From an uncultured Trueperaceae bacterium (lineage in GTDB: Bacteria; Deinococcota; Deinococci; Deinococcales; Trueperaceae), in assembly GCA_963799485.1 (NCBI GenBank), contig CAWCXJ010000006.1, positions 512,001 through 576,000 on the forward strand: a stretch of 64,000 nucleotides of DNA, given 5' to 3'. Below are positions 33,678 to 44,435 of the stretch, in pieces; positions within the stretch are counted from its first letter, which is position 1; each line of letters starts with the position of its first letter. Both the position numbers and the translations under genes were made by a program. The notes under the pieces were generated by a model, which saw only the letters and a program-made list of their open reading frames with translations, was not told where the DNA came from and made no database searches.

Positions 33678-33702
33678 TTTGGGGTGCATTCGGGGGTGTG
33701 GT

Positions 33703-33870
33703 GTGGATCCACGGGTAGAAATTATCGCTTGGTTGGTTTTTATGTTCATCGTCTCGGGGTTTCTGGGCTGGCTGGCGCTGGTGGTCTGGCGTAACGACCA
33801 GAAACCCATTCGTCCGGTTCGGCGTAAAGCGGTTCAGGAGCAGGTGGGAAGTGACCCGCCGTCTAAATAA
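33703..33870 (+). CDS. Small hypothetical membrane protein
   Basis: Single TM helix IIAWLVFMFIVSGFLGWLALVV; follows DUF411. Confidence 0.35.
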   Translation: MDPRVEIIAWLVFMFIVSGFLGWLALVVWRNDQKPIRPVRRKAVQEQVGSDPPSK

Positions 33871-34095
33871 CAGAAGTAACAGTCTACGTCTTTAGGTCCC
33901 TCCATCCCGCTAAAGGATAGCTGTGCCAACCAAAAAATGCGCCCTAAGACGCCGGACTCGAACAATCATCCCGACGCTAGAGGATCGTGGTGCATCTTTA
34001 CACGGTACTGAGCAGGTGCAGGCTGAGCAGCCGGTCGGTTTGGGCTAGATAGTTTGTCATGTGCGGCCGCGTATAGCGGCAAGCGGGGGCAGCTT

Positions 34096-34512
34096 ATGAT
34101 CAAAAAACTCGCCATTCCCTTTTTTGTCCTGGTCGCCCTACCCGGCGTGCTGCTGCGCTTCGGCGTCTTCGGCGTGCCCAACTGGGCCGAGGCGCTCGTC
34201 TTCGGCTTCGCCATCATCGGCGCGGCCTTCTTGCTGACCTGGGGGGCGGAACTAGCGCAGCTCGAGGTCAACCAGGGGCTGGCCCTCGCCGCCCTGGCGC
34301 TCATCGCGGTGCTGCCCGAATACGCCGTCGACCTGACCTTCGCCTGGAAAGCCGGCAGCAACCCCGACCAGTTCGCGCCGCTGGCCCTGGCCAACATGAC
34401 CGGGGCCAACCGTCTGCTGATCGGCTTCGGCTGGCCGCTGGTGGTCTTCGTCGCGGCGCTGGCCGCCCGCCTCGAGACCGCCCGGGGCAGCAACGCTTTT
34501 CAGCGTTTATAG
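34096..34512 (+). pseudogene. Truncated Na+/Ca2+ (CaCA) antiporter, N-terminal half only
   Basis: [24 protein letters not shown]; similarity appears to end near CTCGAG 34471. Confidence 0.8.
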
Positions 34513-34518
34513 TGAGCT

Positions 34519-35412
34519 ATGGCCCACGACCACGGTCAAGCTACGCACGGACGCGCCTTCGCCTGGGGCATCGTCCTCAATACCGTTTACGTCATCGTCG
34601 AGGTGACAGTGGGCGTGCTCATCGGCTCCCTGGGCCTCGTCGCCGACGCCGTTCACAACGCCAGCGACGTGCTGAGCCTCATCATCGCCTGGATAGGGAG
34701 CAGGCTCTCGCGCCGCAACCCGAGCGAACGCTTTACCTACGGCTTGAAGCGTTCGCCCATCCTCGCCTCGCTCTTTAACGCGCTGCTGCTGTTCGGCGCC
34801 ATGGGCGCGGTCGCCTGGGAGGCCGTCCGGCGCTTGCAAGACCCGAGCCCGGTGCCCGGCGCGACCATCATCTGGGTGACCTCGGTCGGCCTGGTGGTGA
34901 ACTTCGGCACGGCCTATCTTTTTGTCAAGGGGCGCAAAGACCTCAACATCCGCGGCGCCTTTTTACACATGATAGCGGACGGACTCGTGACCCTGGGCGT
35001 GCTCGTCGCGGGCGTACTCATCATCTTCACAAACGCCATCTGGCTCGATCCGGTCATCAGCCTGGTCATCGTCGTGGTTGTCTTGTGGAGTACCTGGAAC
35101 CTCTTCCGCGACTCCGTTAAATATTCGCTCGACGCCGTACCCGAAAGCATCGCTACGGACGAGGTCAGGGCTTACCTCGCGGGGCTACCCGGCGTCAGCG
35201 AAGTTCACGACCTGCACATCTGGCCCATGAGCACCACCGAGACGGCGTTGACCGCCCACCTGGTCGTTTCTGAAAAGCAGCACAACAACGCGCTGATTCA
35301 GCGTGCCAGCGAAGGGCTGCACGAGCGGTTCGAGATCGTCCACACCACCTTGCAGTTGGAGAGCGGCGAGCCGGAAAGCCCGAGCGGGTTGGCGTCGCAA
35401 GAGGTCGTTTAG
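34519..35412 (+). CDS. czcD: Cation diffusion facilitator
   Basis: ADAVHNASD, FTYG, NIRGAFLHMIAD, VHDLHIW, HTTLQLE. Confidence 0.92.
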   Translation: MAHDHGQATHGRAFAWGIVLNTVYVIVEVTVGVLIGSLGLVADAVHNASDVLSLIIAWIGSRLSRRNPSERFTYGLKRSPILASLFNALLLFGAMGAVAWEAVRRLQDPSPVPGATIIWVTSVGLVVNFGTAYLFVKGRKDLNIRGAFLHMIADGLVTLGVLVAGVLIIFTNAIWLDPVISLVIVVVVLWSTWNLFRDSVKYSLDAVPESIATDEVRAYLAGLPGVSEVHDLHIWPMSTTETALTAHLVVSEKQHNNALIQRASEGLHERFEIVHTTLQLESGEPESPSGLASQEVV

Positions 35413-35419
35413 TGCCTGC

Positions 35420-35576
35420 CGAAGTCCAGTCAACGACCTGTTCAACACCTGCTACCGAAGTAGACCCGTCTTTTTGGGCCTTCGGGGTGATGGGGTTTAG
35501 TATCGTGATAGATATGTAGCGCTCACGTTTACTGCCGGCGGCGGCGCACAAGTTTCACAGCAAAGTGCTCGAGGCG
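35420..35576 (+). pseudogene. Internal fragment of a second, FieF-like CDF gene
   Basis: EVDPSFWAFGVMGFSIVIDM*RSRLL..AAHKFHSKVLEA resembles the CDF TM4-TM5 region; ends just after CTCGAG 35568. Confidence 0.5.
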
Positions 35577-35746
35577 GTCGTCTCCTGACACCGGCGGTCA
35601 CCGCTGCCCCTGCCGGGTTTTCCAGCAAGCGGGGCGTTGATGCAGCGCCTAAAAAGCGTTCCGCCGGGGCGTAACGCCTGTCTTTTACGCCGCGTCTACT
35701 TAACGGGGCACATCAAGTATTTGACGAGACACATCAAGGAGATGCT

Positions 35747-36478
35747 TTGAACGACTTTCTGATCGTGATCGGTCTGGCGCTTCTGCCCGCCCTCGGCAAC
35801 TTCGGCGGCGGACTGCTCGCCGAGTGGCTGCGCCCGTCGCAAAAAACGCTCAACCGCGCCCTGCACGCCGCCGCAGGTATCGTTCTCGCCGTCATCGCGG
35901 TCGAGGTGATGCCCGAAGCGCTGCGCGAAACGTCGGCGTGGCTGCTCGCGGGGGCGTTTCTGGCGGGCGGCGGCGCTTACCTGCTCGTCGAGGCCGGCGT
36001 CGAGAGGTGGCAGCGGAACCAGGAGGCGAGCGCGGGCGCGGGTGCCTGGATGGTGTACGTGGCCGTCGCTACCGACCTCATGGGCGACGGTCTGCTGATC
36101 GGCGCGGGGTCGGCGATCTCGAGTCAGGTAGGTCTGGTGCTGGCGCTCGGTCAGGTTCTGGCGGACATCCCGGAAGGCTTCGCAGTGATCGCCAACTTCC
36201 GCGCCAAGGGCGTAGGGCGGGCGAGGCGGCTGCTTATATCCGCATCGTTCGCTGCGCCGGTGGTGGTCGCCGCGGTGCTCGCTTTTTTCCTCTTGCGCGG
36301 GCAGGGCGAACCTTTGCAGATGGCCGCCCTGGTTTTTGTCGCCGGGCTCTACACGCTCGCCGCCGTAGAGGACATGCTGCGCGAGGCGCACGAGAGCGCC
36401 GAGGACAGCCGCTGGTCGGCGATCAGCTTTCTGGCGGGGTTTGCGCTCTTCCTGGTCGTGTCGGGTGGGCTCGGGTGA
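35747..36478 (+). CDS. ZIP/GufA-family metal transporter
   Basis: AAAGIVLA, DLMGDGLLIG, ADIPEGF, EDMLREAH. Confidence 0.85.
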   Translation: MNDFLIVIGLALLPALGNFGGGLLAEWLRPSQKTLNRALHAAAGIVLAVIAVEVMPEALRETSAWLLAGAFLAGGGAYLLVEAGVERWQRNQEASAGAGAWMVYVAVATDLMGDGLLIGAGSAISSQVGLVLALGQVLADIPEGFAVIANFRAKGVGRARRLLISASFAAPVVVAAVLAFFLLRGQGEPLQMAALVFVAGLYTLAAVEDMLREAHESAEDSRWSAISFLAGFALFLVVSGGLG

Positions 36479-36754
36479 GCTTCCTGTTGAGCTTTTTGTC
36501 GGCAGCGCCCCGCGCCCGATAAAGCTTTCCCGGCTAAAAATCATACCGATTCCGATTGATTCATCTGCACACATGTCGATCTGAGCGCAGCGAATAGGAA
36601 CGAAAATACGGCTCGAGCGCTACGGACTTTCGCTGAGAAAAAGCCTCGGTGATGGGGAACCGAGCGGGCTCCGTATCACCTGCTGCTTGCGCGCGGGCAG
36701 TTCGGGCAGCACTCGAGCTTGACATTCGTCACATAACAGTTTACTTTTATAGAC

Positions 36755-37147
36755 ATGGAAATGAAAGCCGACCCTGAAGTGCAGGCGCGCCGTCCTCGCG
36801 TAGATGATACCTGCGAGGTATTCGTCTTCAACCCGGAGGTGGTCGCCGCCGTCAAGCGCGACATGAGAGACGTGTCGGCCACCGCCGCGCTCTTCAAGGC
36901 GCTCGCCGACGAAAGCCGCTGCGTCATACTCACCGCCCTGACGATGAGCCGTGAGTTGTGTGTCTGCGACCTCGCCGAGATCGCCGGGCTGGCCCTGCCC
37001 ACGGTGTCGCACCACCTGCGGAAGCTCAAGCAGCAAGACCTGGTGGCGTCGCGGCGCGAGGGGAAACTGGTGTTTTACCGGCTGACGAGCGACGACGCGC
37101 GCCTGCTGCTGCGCGTCGCTGCGACGCGCAGGGCGGTGGCGACGTGA
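36755..37147 (+). CDS. cadC: CadC-like ArsR repressor
   Basis: DTCEVF, ELCVCDLA, VSHHLRKL, REGKLVFY; TTGACA upstream. Confidence 0.85.
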   Translation: MEMKADPEVQARRPRVDDTCEVFVFNPEVVAAVKRDMRDVSATAALFKALADESRCVILTALTMSRELCVCDLAEIAGLALPTVSHHLRKLKQQDLVASRREGKLVFYRLTSDDARLLLRVAATRRAVAT

Positions 37148-37264
37148 GCGCCCTCTTTTTTTGCCGATTCGATTCGATATTTGTAAAAGTGAAGGGTGAG
37201 ACGGTTAGCCTGCGTGTCGGCTCGTAACGCACGCCAAACTTGCCGCCGAGAAAGAGAGTAGAAG

Positions 37265-39398
37265 ATGGACCCAACCGCAAACTATAGAGACGGCGAGAGG
37301 GTGCAGGCCCTCGAGCTGCGCGTCGCCAACCTGGACTGCGACAGCGACGCGGCCAAGCTCGAGCGCGGCCTGCAAAACGCGCGCGGGATAGAGACGCTCC
37401 GGGTCTACCCGAAAGCCGCCAAGGTCGCCATCACCTACACGCCGGAGACGACCCCGGACGAACTCAAGGCGCAGCTTACGCGCCTGGGCTTTCCGGCACA
37501 GGAGGGCCGGGCCATGCCCGAGCAGCCCGCCTTCTGGCGCAACCCGAAGGTGCTCACCTCGCTCGCCTCGGGCGCGCTGCTGCTCGTCGGCTGGCTGCTC
37601 GGCTTTGCGGGCGTGCCCGAACTCGTACCGACGCTTCTTTTCTGGAGCGCCATCGCCGTGGGCGGCTACTACTTCGGGCGTGAGGCCCTCGAAGAGCTGT
37701 TTTTCGAGCGCGAGATCGGCATCGAGCTGCTCATGACCATCGCCGCCCTCACCGCGGCGCTCCTCGGGCAGGTCTTCGAGGGTGGTGTGCTGGTCTTTCT
37801 CTACTCCATCTCCGAGGCGTTGGAGGGCTACACCGAAGCGAAAACCCGCTCCGCGGTCAAGGCGCTCATGGACCTCGCCCCGAAGATGGCGCTGGTCCGG
37901 CGTGACGGGCGCGAGGAGGAGGTGCCCGTCGAGGAGCTAAGGGTCGGCGAGGTGTTCATCGTCCGGCCCGGCCAGGCGGTGGCGACCGACGGCGAGGTTC
38001 TGCAGGGCAGCTCGAGCGTCAACCAGGCCCCCGTCACCGGCGAGAGCGTGCCCGTTTCCAAAGAGGCAGGCGGCGAGGTGTTCGCGGGCAGCATCAACGG
38101 CGAGGGCGTTTTGGAGGTAAAGGCGACCCGCTCCTTCGCCGACAACACCATCAGCCGCATCATCCACTTGGTCGAGGAGGCGCAGGAGAAAAAGGGCCAG
38201 GGTCAGCGCTTTATCGAGCGCTTCGGGTCGCGCTACAGCCCGGTGGTGCTGCTCGTCGGTGTGCTGCTCGCGCTCGTCCCGCCGCTGCTCTTCGGCGCGC
38301 TCCTGGGAGACCTGGCTGGTGCGCGCCACCATCTTCATCGTGGCCGCCGCGCCCTGCGCGCTTGTCATCTCGATTCCCGTCACGATGGTGGCGGCGCTCG
38401 GTACGGGGGCGCGTCAGGGCGTGCTCGTCAAGGGCGGCTTGTATCTCGAAGAACTTAGTAAGGTCCGGGTGGTGGCGCTCGACAAAACCGGCACCCTCAC
38501 CAGGGGCGAACCCGAGGTGACCGACGTGGTGCCGCTCGGTGGGCGCGCCGAGCGGGAGCTGCTCGCGGTCGCCGCAGGCGTCGAGCGCTACAGCCAGCAC
38601 CCGCTCGCGCGGGCCGTCCTCCGGTACGCTGAAGCGCAGGGCGTGCCCCCCGCGGCGGCAGAAGACTTTCAGTCGCTCACGGGGGCGGGCGCGTCCGCGC
38701 GCGTAGGCGGGGAGCCGGTGTATATCGGCAGCCCCGACCTGTTCAGCTCGCGCTTCGGTCTTTCGCTCGAGGCGGCGCAGGACGACGTCGCGCGCCTTCA
38801 GGAGGCGGGCAAGACGGTGGTGCTGGTGGGCGACGAGCAGCGCGTCTGGGGTCTGCTGGCGATTCGTGACAACCTCCGCGCGAACGCCCGCACCGCCGTG
38901 AGTGCGCTGCACGACCTCGGGGTCGAGGTCGTCATGTTGACCGGGGACAATCAGCGCACCGGCGCGGCGATCGCCCGCGAGGCGGGGGTGGACGAGGTCT
39001 TCGCCGACCTGAAGCCGGAGGGCAAGGTCGAACGGGTGCGCGAACTCGAGCGCCGCTACGGTCACGTGGTGATGGTCGGCGACGGCGTCAACGACGCGCC
39101 GGCGCTCGCCGAAGCGACGGCGGGCGTGGCGATGGGCGCAGCCGGGACGGACGTGGCGATGGAGACCGCCGACGTGGTGCTGATGGCCGACGACTTAGAA
39201 AAGCTCGTCTACGCCCTCAAGCTCGCCAAGCGCACCCGGCACGTGGTGAACCAGAACCTGGCCTTGTCCGCCGTGGTGATTGCCGTGCTCGTCATCGGGG
39301 CTGTTGGGGGCTGGTTCACGCTGCCGGTCGCCGTTTTGGGGCACGAGATCAGCGAGTTCGTGGTGGTCGGCAGCGGTCTCAGGATGCTGCGCGCGTGA
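37265..39398 (+). pseudogene. Second P1B ATPase (APC/HEIS), split by a +1 frameshift near 38300
   Basis: Frame 1 has HMA-like LDCDSD and TGES; frame 2 has AAPCAL, DKTGT, GDGVND; removing one base in TTCGGCGCGCTCCTGG restores FGASWETW. Confidence 0.88.
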
Positions 39399-39547
39399 GA
39401 CTCACGGCCCGCTGGCGCTTCGCCCTGCCGCCCACGCTGCTCGCCCTGGCCTGGGCGGCGCTCGACCAGGCGTTCAAGCTCTACACCCTCGCCGCCGTGC
39501 CCCCTTACCCCGAGCGGCTCGAGCCTCATTTCACACACTGCTTTTGA
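39395..39547 (+). pseudogene. lspA: Lipoprotein signal peptidase N-terminal fragment
   Basis: GTGA-coupled to the ATPase; LLALAWAALDQAFKLY (DQxxK motif); breaks at CTCGAG 39518. Confidence 0.65.
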
Positions 39548-39679
39548 AGGGTTCTACCGGAGACGCGGTAACGATATCGGTGTGTTGGCTGCCAAGCAGC
39601 GGCTGAACCCAATCCTGACTATAATGGTAGACATTAAAGGCCGGAAGACGGTATAGTTCTCTTCGATGGGGCTGCAACG

Positions 39680-40027
39680 ATGATTGATCACAAAACCGCT
39701 GTTACCAACCGCACCCGCTACGCGCTGCTAAATGACCGCCGGCGAGCACTCTTTGAACTCCACAAGCTGACCGAAACGATTCGCGCGCACGAGCGTTATG
39801 CGGCGGCGACCGAGGCTTCTCCGGGACTGACCGGTCTTGTCGACGACGGTCTGGCAAGTACTTCCGGCGACCTCTGTGGTCGTGCGTGCCAGGCGAGTTT
39901 AAGCGTACTCGAGCAAGACCTCAGGCGTCTTTACAAAAGCCTGGCTGAGCTGGCTAAAGTGTGGGTAGGACTCGAGGACGCTCAAAACCTGGAGCCGCTG
40001 GTTGCTGCCTACTACGAAGCGTTCTGA
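39680..40027 (+). CDS. Hypothetical helical protein
   Basis: 115-codon ORF with TATAGT upstream; no motif recognised. Confidence 0.5.
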   Translation: MIDHKTAVTNRTRYALLNDRRRALFELHKLTETIRAHERYAAATEASPGLTGLVDDGLASTSGDLCGRACQASLSVLEQDLRRLYKSLAELAKVWVGLEDAQNLEPLVAAYYEAF

Positions 40028-40149
40028 AAACCAACTAAACCATGACGAGCGCTGCTTAGACATTCGGCGCTCGTTTTTTACGGCGTAACCGGGGCGAACG
40101 GGCAGGTCTGACACCACGGTTCTTTTTTATTTGGGCACGTCAAAATCTT

Positions 40150-40567
40150 TTACGGCGTTTGGTCGTTTTCATACTCCATCGTCAAACTGTGTAGATACTG
40201 AAGCCGACCGACTTCCAAAAAGCTATACCGCCCGGATTGCCAGCAAGAACCTCGAGGCGGATGTTACCTTTCCAAACAGCTTCGCTGAGTTTTTGTATCG
40301 CCAGTTTGCCCAATCCCTGACGGCGAAAAGCCGATACGATAACAAAGTGACGCAGGTAGAGCCAATTGGCGTCTCGACGAAAAAGCACGTACCCGATGAC
40401 TTCAGCGTCTTGGATGATAAGAGCGCGGTACTTCCCGGTCAGCCACCCGCTCATGCGCCTTCGGCAAGGGTCATCGGATTACGGTGTCCCTCATCCTGGA
40501 TGAGCTGCTGATTCATCTCAGCAAGCAGCTGAACAGCAGCCTCGGTCTTCGGTTCTCGGAACGTCAC
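40150..40567 (-). pseudogene. GNAT acetyltransferase, frameshifted
   Basis: EMNQQLIQDEGHRNPMTLAE, then frame change near 40455 to MSGWL...YLRHFVI..FRRQGLG...FWKSVGF. Confidence 0.7.
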
Positions 40568-40592
40568 CGTAAATCACCTACACGTAACTGCT

Positions 40593-41213
40593 CTATCTGA
40601 GCGCGTCTAAAACCTCGCGGCGCAGCTCGGCGTCTTCCTGAAACACGCCCCGCGTCGTGAGGGTGCGGGTCATTGAACCCTGTTTTTGCACCCCGCGCAT
40701 CATCATACAGAGGTGGCTCGCCTCGGTCACGACGGCAACGCCTTTAGGAGCCAGCGTTTGGGCTAGCGCGTCGGCAATCTCGACGGTGAGGCGCTCTTGT
40801 ACCTGTAAACGTCGCGCAAACATATCGACGATACGGGCAAACTTAGATAGCCCCAAAATTGTCCGGTCAGGCAAGTAGGCGATATGTGCGCGCCCAAAAA
40901 AAGGGAGCAGATGATGCTCGCAGAGCGAGTAGAACTCGACATCGCGGACAACGACGAGTTCTGCACCCTCAGCTTGAAACAGTGCGCCGTTTACGGCACT
41001 CTCGAGCTTCAAACTGTAGCCACTCGTTAAAAACCGCAGTGAACGCTCGACGCGTTCGGGTGTGTTTTTCAGACCTTCACGGGCGACATCTTCACCGAGT
41101 CCGGCAATCAGCTCGGCAATCAGGGGCTCGAGAAACGTCCCGGTCAGTTCGTCCAGCATAGGTTCTGTGGCTGGCTCTATGGTTGGCTCTGTAAGCGTCG
41201 GTAGCTGGCTCAT
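40593..41213 (-). CDS. folE: GTP cyclohydrolase I
   Basis: [43 protein letters not shown]. Confidence 0.96.
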   Translation of the reverse strand: MSQLPTLTEPTIEPATEPMLDELTGTFLEPLIAELIAGLGEDVAREGLKNTPERVERSLRFLTSGYSLKLESAVNGALFQAEGAELVVVRDVEFYSLCEHHLLPFFGRAHIAYLPDRTILGLSKFARIVDMFARRLQVQERLTVEIADALAQTLAPKGVAVVTEASHLCMMMRGVQKQGSMTRTLTTRGVFQEDAELRREVLDALR

Positions 41214-41374
41214 GGAGGTTTCTTTCTGCTCTGCGGCGTGGTGCAAGGTGCTGTCTTGTTACTGCACCGTCCAAAGAAAAGTGTACGGGTACAGTGCTCA
41301 GCCCGACGTAAGCCGTTTGACAGCCGGGACAGTTTAGAGGGTTCCGGTTGGCCCAAGCGTACCCAAGAGACACC

Positions 41375-42049
41375 TTAAAAAGGCGTAAAGGCGACCGGGC
41401 GCGGCGTCCAGAGCGGTTCGCCGTAAGCTGCCCCGATAAACGTCCCCCAATAGGCGGCGCGCCCACGTCTGCGCCGGTACACGTCCGGCGTCACCGTTTC
41501 AGAGGCGGCCTCGCCGGTAAATTGACTTTTGTAACAACGCACCGCCGCTTCCCACACATCGACGTACTCACTCGTGTCAACCACGAGCGTCGCCTCGAAA
41601 GGGCCGTTACCCATATAAAAAAACAGATGTTCGGGTTTGTACGGTTCGCCCGAGAGCGGACTGTTGGCGAGCCCTGCGAGATGTACCGCTGCCGGGATGA
41701 TGTGCGCCGCTGCTACATGGTCGGGGTGGCGGTCGTTTTCAAACGGCCCGACGACGACGCGGGGTCTAAGTTCGCGCAAAATCCTGGCGAGCTGTAGCCG
41801 CCGGTCTTCACTGTCTAAAATCCGCGAATCGGGCCAGCCCAGATTACGCCGCACATCGAGACCGAGTACCTCGGCTGCGGCAGCGGCTTCTTCTGCGCGC
41901 TCTTCAGGTGTGCCTTTGGTCGCTGCTTCACCTCTGGTCAAATCGATAATACCGGTGCTACGTCCCTCGGCGCGGGCCCGGGCGAGACTCCCGCCCATGC
42001 CGAGTTCGGCGTCGTCGGGGTGTGGGCTTATAACCAGAAAGTCAAGCAC
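41375..42049 (-). CDS. bshB1: Bacillithiol biosynthesis deacetylase
   Basis: PHPDDAELGMGG, DLTRGE, DRHPDH, CYKSQF. Confidence 0.88.
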   Translation of the reverse strand: MLDFLVISPHPDDAELGMGGSLARARAEGRSTGIIDLTRGEAATKGTPEERAEEAAAAAEVLGLDVRRNLGWPDSRILDSEDRRLQLARILRELRPRVVVGPFENDRHPDHVAAAHIIPAAVHLAGLANSPLSGEPYKPEHLFFYMGNGPFEATLVVDTSEYVDVWEAAVRCYKSQFTGEAASETVTPDVYRRRRGRAAYWGTFIGAAYGEPLWTPRPVAFTPF

Positions 42050-42677
42050 GGCGGGCTTCTTGCTTCGCTTCGGTAGTGTCTTTGTCTTTCATACCCAGTC
42101 GCCTTTCGCTTCCCTCTGCCAGTCGTTTGATGTTTTCCCGGTGCTGAACGACGACGAGTAGCAGCAGCATCAGCACCAGAAAAAGTTGCGGCACGCTAAA
42201 GGGACGCATCACTAAAAAGAGGGGCGCGCTAAACAGCGCGACCACCGACCCGAGCGAAACGTAGCGGCCCAGCGCAATCGTCAAAATCCCGATAGCTGAG
42301 GCGGCGAGCGTTACGACCGGAATGATAGCGAGGCCGACGCCGAGACTCGTCGCGACGCCCTTACCGCCGCGCCAACCTAAAAAGATATTGAAGTTGTTGC
42401 CTAAAACAGTTGCCAGCCCTGCCAAAACCAGACCCCATTCGCTGACGCCGACGATATCGGCAATTAAAATTGAGAGCATCGCCTTGAGCGGATCGGCCAA
42501 CACGACGAGCAGCGCAGGCCAGAGCCCGACCGAACGCAGCACATTGGTCGCGCCGATATTACCACTGCCGACCTTCTGGATATTGACGCCGTAGGCTTTG
42601 GCGACGAAATACCCTGTCGGAAAACTACCGATAAGGTAGCCAGCTACAAGGCAGAGGGCAAAGATGAATACGTTCAC
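42042..42677 (-). CDS. plsY: Glycerol-3-phosphate acyltransferase
   Basis: GSGNIGATNVLR, GGKGVAT, HRENIKRL. Confidence 0.95.
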   Translation of the reverse strand: MNVFIFALCLVAGYLIGSFPTGYFVAKAYGVNIQKVGSGNIGATNVLRSVGLWPALLVVLADPLKAMLSILIADIVGVSEWGLVLAGLATVLGNNFNIFLGWRGGKGVATSLGVGLAIIPVVTLAASAIGILTIALGRYVSLGSVVALFSAPLFLVMRPFSVPQLFLVLMLLLLVVVQHRENIKRLAEGSERRLGMKDKDTTEAKQEARRA

Positions 42678-42818
42678 GACCCTCCTCCTAGAGTGCCAAC
42701 CGCCGTATTGCCTAACGCCTCAAGCGCCTGCACCGTCTTCATAGGTCAATTGTACATGCTTGGGAGTCGTTGTCTGCGCGGCGCGTACAGCAGTGAGCAG
42801 CGCGCGGTAGGCTGGGTT

Positions 42819-44369
42819 ATGGTGCAAGAAACCCTACTTTTTATCGTCCTCACCGTGCTGGGGGTGTATGGTGTGCGCTGGACGCTACGCCTTGCACCCC
42901 TGAGCAGCGAATTACCCCTCAAAACGCTCCTGGCGACGCTCCTCAGCGGCCTACTCGCCGGACTGGGGCTGACTGCGAGCCCGGTGACGCCGCTGTTACG
43001 CTGGTCGGCTTTTATTTTAGGGCCGCTCTATATTTTGAGTCCGTTTGTTCTGACAGCACTTGCGCGGGCGCGGCTCTATTCTCTTGCCCGCGCGCTTACA
43101 AACGTACTCTACTGGAGCCCGGTAGGGCGCGCAGGAATCGCGCGGCTGCTCGCACAAGTAGCGCTCCGGCAAGACGACCCCAAGGTGGCGCTGAGCTTTT
43201 TGCCGGAGGGCGGTGGCGACACCTTGCGGCTTCAAGCCTACGCCTTGCAAGAGCGGTGGCAAGAGGTTTTGAACATGCCGGTACCGGAAACGGGAGACAA
43301 CGCCTTTTTAGGTCTCGCTGCCCGAATCGAGGCGCTTTTGGCGTTGGGACAAGAAACCGCCGCCGAGGATGAACTGGAGCGGATGCAGGCGCGCTGGCTC
43401 GAGCAGGGTCAGGGGCCACTCGGCTACCGCGCGGTAACGCTCTCGAAAGCGCGGCTTTTGGCCTATCGCGGCGAGTTTGAAGGCGCGCGCGAAGAGCTGA
43501 AAAACCCGCTGCCGGGGGTTGCGCCTTACCGGGTGCTCGAGACCCTCGCCTTCGCCGCCGAACGCGCACACAACCCGGAAGCCGCCGGACGGCTTTACAG
43601 CCAGGCGTATACATATGCGCCACCCAACCACCGTGAGCGTTTGGCTCAGAGCTTGGCGCGTTACGGGCAGCCCGTACCCGCCGCCGCAAAACCCAAAAGA
43701 CCTTACGCGACGATAAGCCTCGGGGTCTTTTTAGCGGCGCTCTATCTGCTTCAGCTCTGGGTCGGAACGCGCTTTAGCACGAACGCCTGGGCAGCGGCGG
43801 CGGGGTTTTTGACGCTCAACCCTAACGCGCCCGGCGGCGACGCACCCTGGCGTTATCTCTCGTACGCGTTCGTTCACGGTGGGCTGCTGCACATCGGACT
43901 CAACGTCTGGGTGCTGCTCGATATCGGGCGGCTCTACGAGTCGCGGCGACTATGGGGCAATGTGCTCGCCGCCTTTGTCTTCGGCAGTGTACTGGGCGCT
44001 TACCTCACCTTCGTGGTGCAGGGGGGTGCGCCACCGGGGGTCATCGGTGCGTCGGGGGGCGTTCTAGGTATCGGTGGCGCGCTCCTAGCCGACGTACTGC
44101 GTGGGCGCGCGGCCCAAGACCGTTTGCTGACGCGCTCGCTCTTGCAGTGGATCGGCCTCATCGTGGTCTTTTCGGTGGCGATTCCGGGCGTATCGCTCTG
44201 GGGGCATGTGGGCGGGCTTATCGGCGGGTTGTTGTGGGGCTTTATCCGGCAGGGGCTACCCAAAACCCGGCAGGTCGACCTGTTTGCGGGCGCGCTCAGT
44301 CTGGCGCTCTTGACCTACGCACTTTACGGGTCGGTAAGCTGGCTGTTTCGTTACGGTGGGCAGCTCTAA
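42819..44369 (+). CDS. Rhomboid intramembrane serine protease with N-terminal TM and TPR-like region
   Basis: WR motif, [24 protein letters not shown]. Confidence 0.88.
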   Translation: MVQETLLFIVLTVLGVYGVRWTLRLAPLSSELPLKTLLATLLSGLLAGLGLTASPVTPLLRWSAFILGPLYILSPFVLTALARARLYSLARALTNVLYWSPVGRAGIARLLAQVALRQDDPKVALSFLPEGGGDTLRLQAYALQERWQEVLNMPVPETGDNAFLGLAARIEALLALGQETAAEDELERMQARWLEQGQGPLGYRAVTLSKARLLAYRGEFEGAREELKNPLPGVAPYRVLETLAFAAERAHNPEAAGRLYSQAYTYAPPNHRERLAQSLARYGQPVPAAAKPKRPYATISLGVFLAALYLLQLWVGTRFSTNAWAAAAGFLTLNPNAPGGDAPWRYLSYAFVHGGLLHIGLNVWVLLDIGRLYESRRLWGNVLAAFVFGSVLGAYLTFVVQGGAPPGVIGASGGVLGIGGALLADVLRGRAAQDRLLTRSLLQWIGLIVVFSVAIPGVSLWGHVGGLIGGLLWGFIRQGLPKTRQVDLFAGALSLALLTYALYGSVSWLFRYGGQL

Positions 44370-44435
44370 AAGCTTACGAGTTCGTCTCCCGCAAGGCGTG
44401 ACGCTGCCGGATGCGCGCTAAGATGCCCTTTACCG

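Noticed and set aside
35696..36574. Long antisense and alternative-frame ORFs (e.g. 292 aa here, 284 aa at 38211-39065)
   Set aside because: Shadow ORFs of high-GC genes with no motifs
41270..41325. Hammerhead ribozyme in the folE leader
   Set aside because: Core reads CTGAGCA rather than CUGANGA, and there is no GAAA
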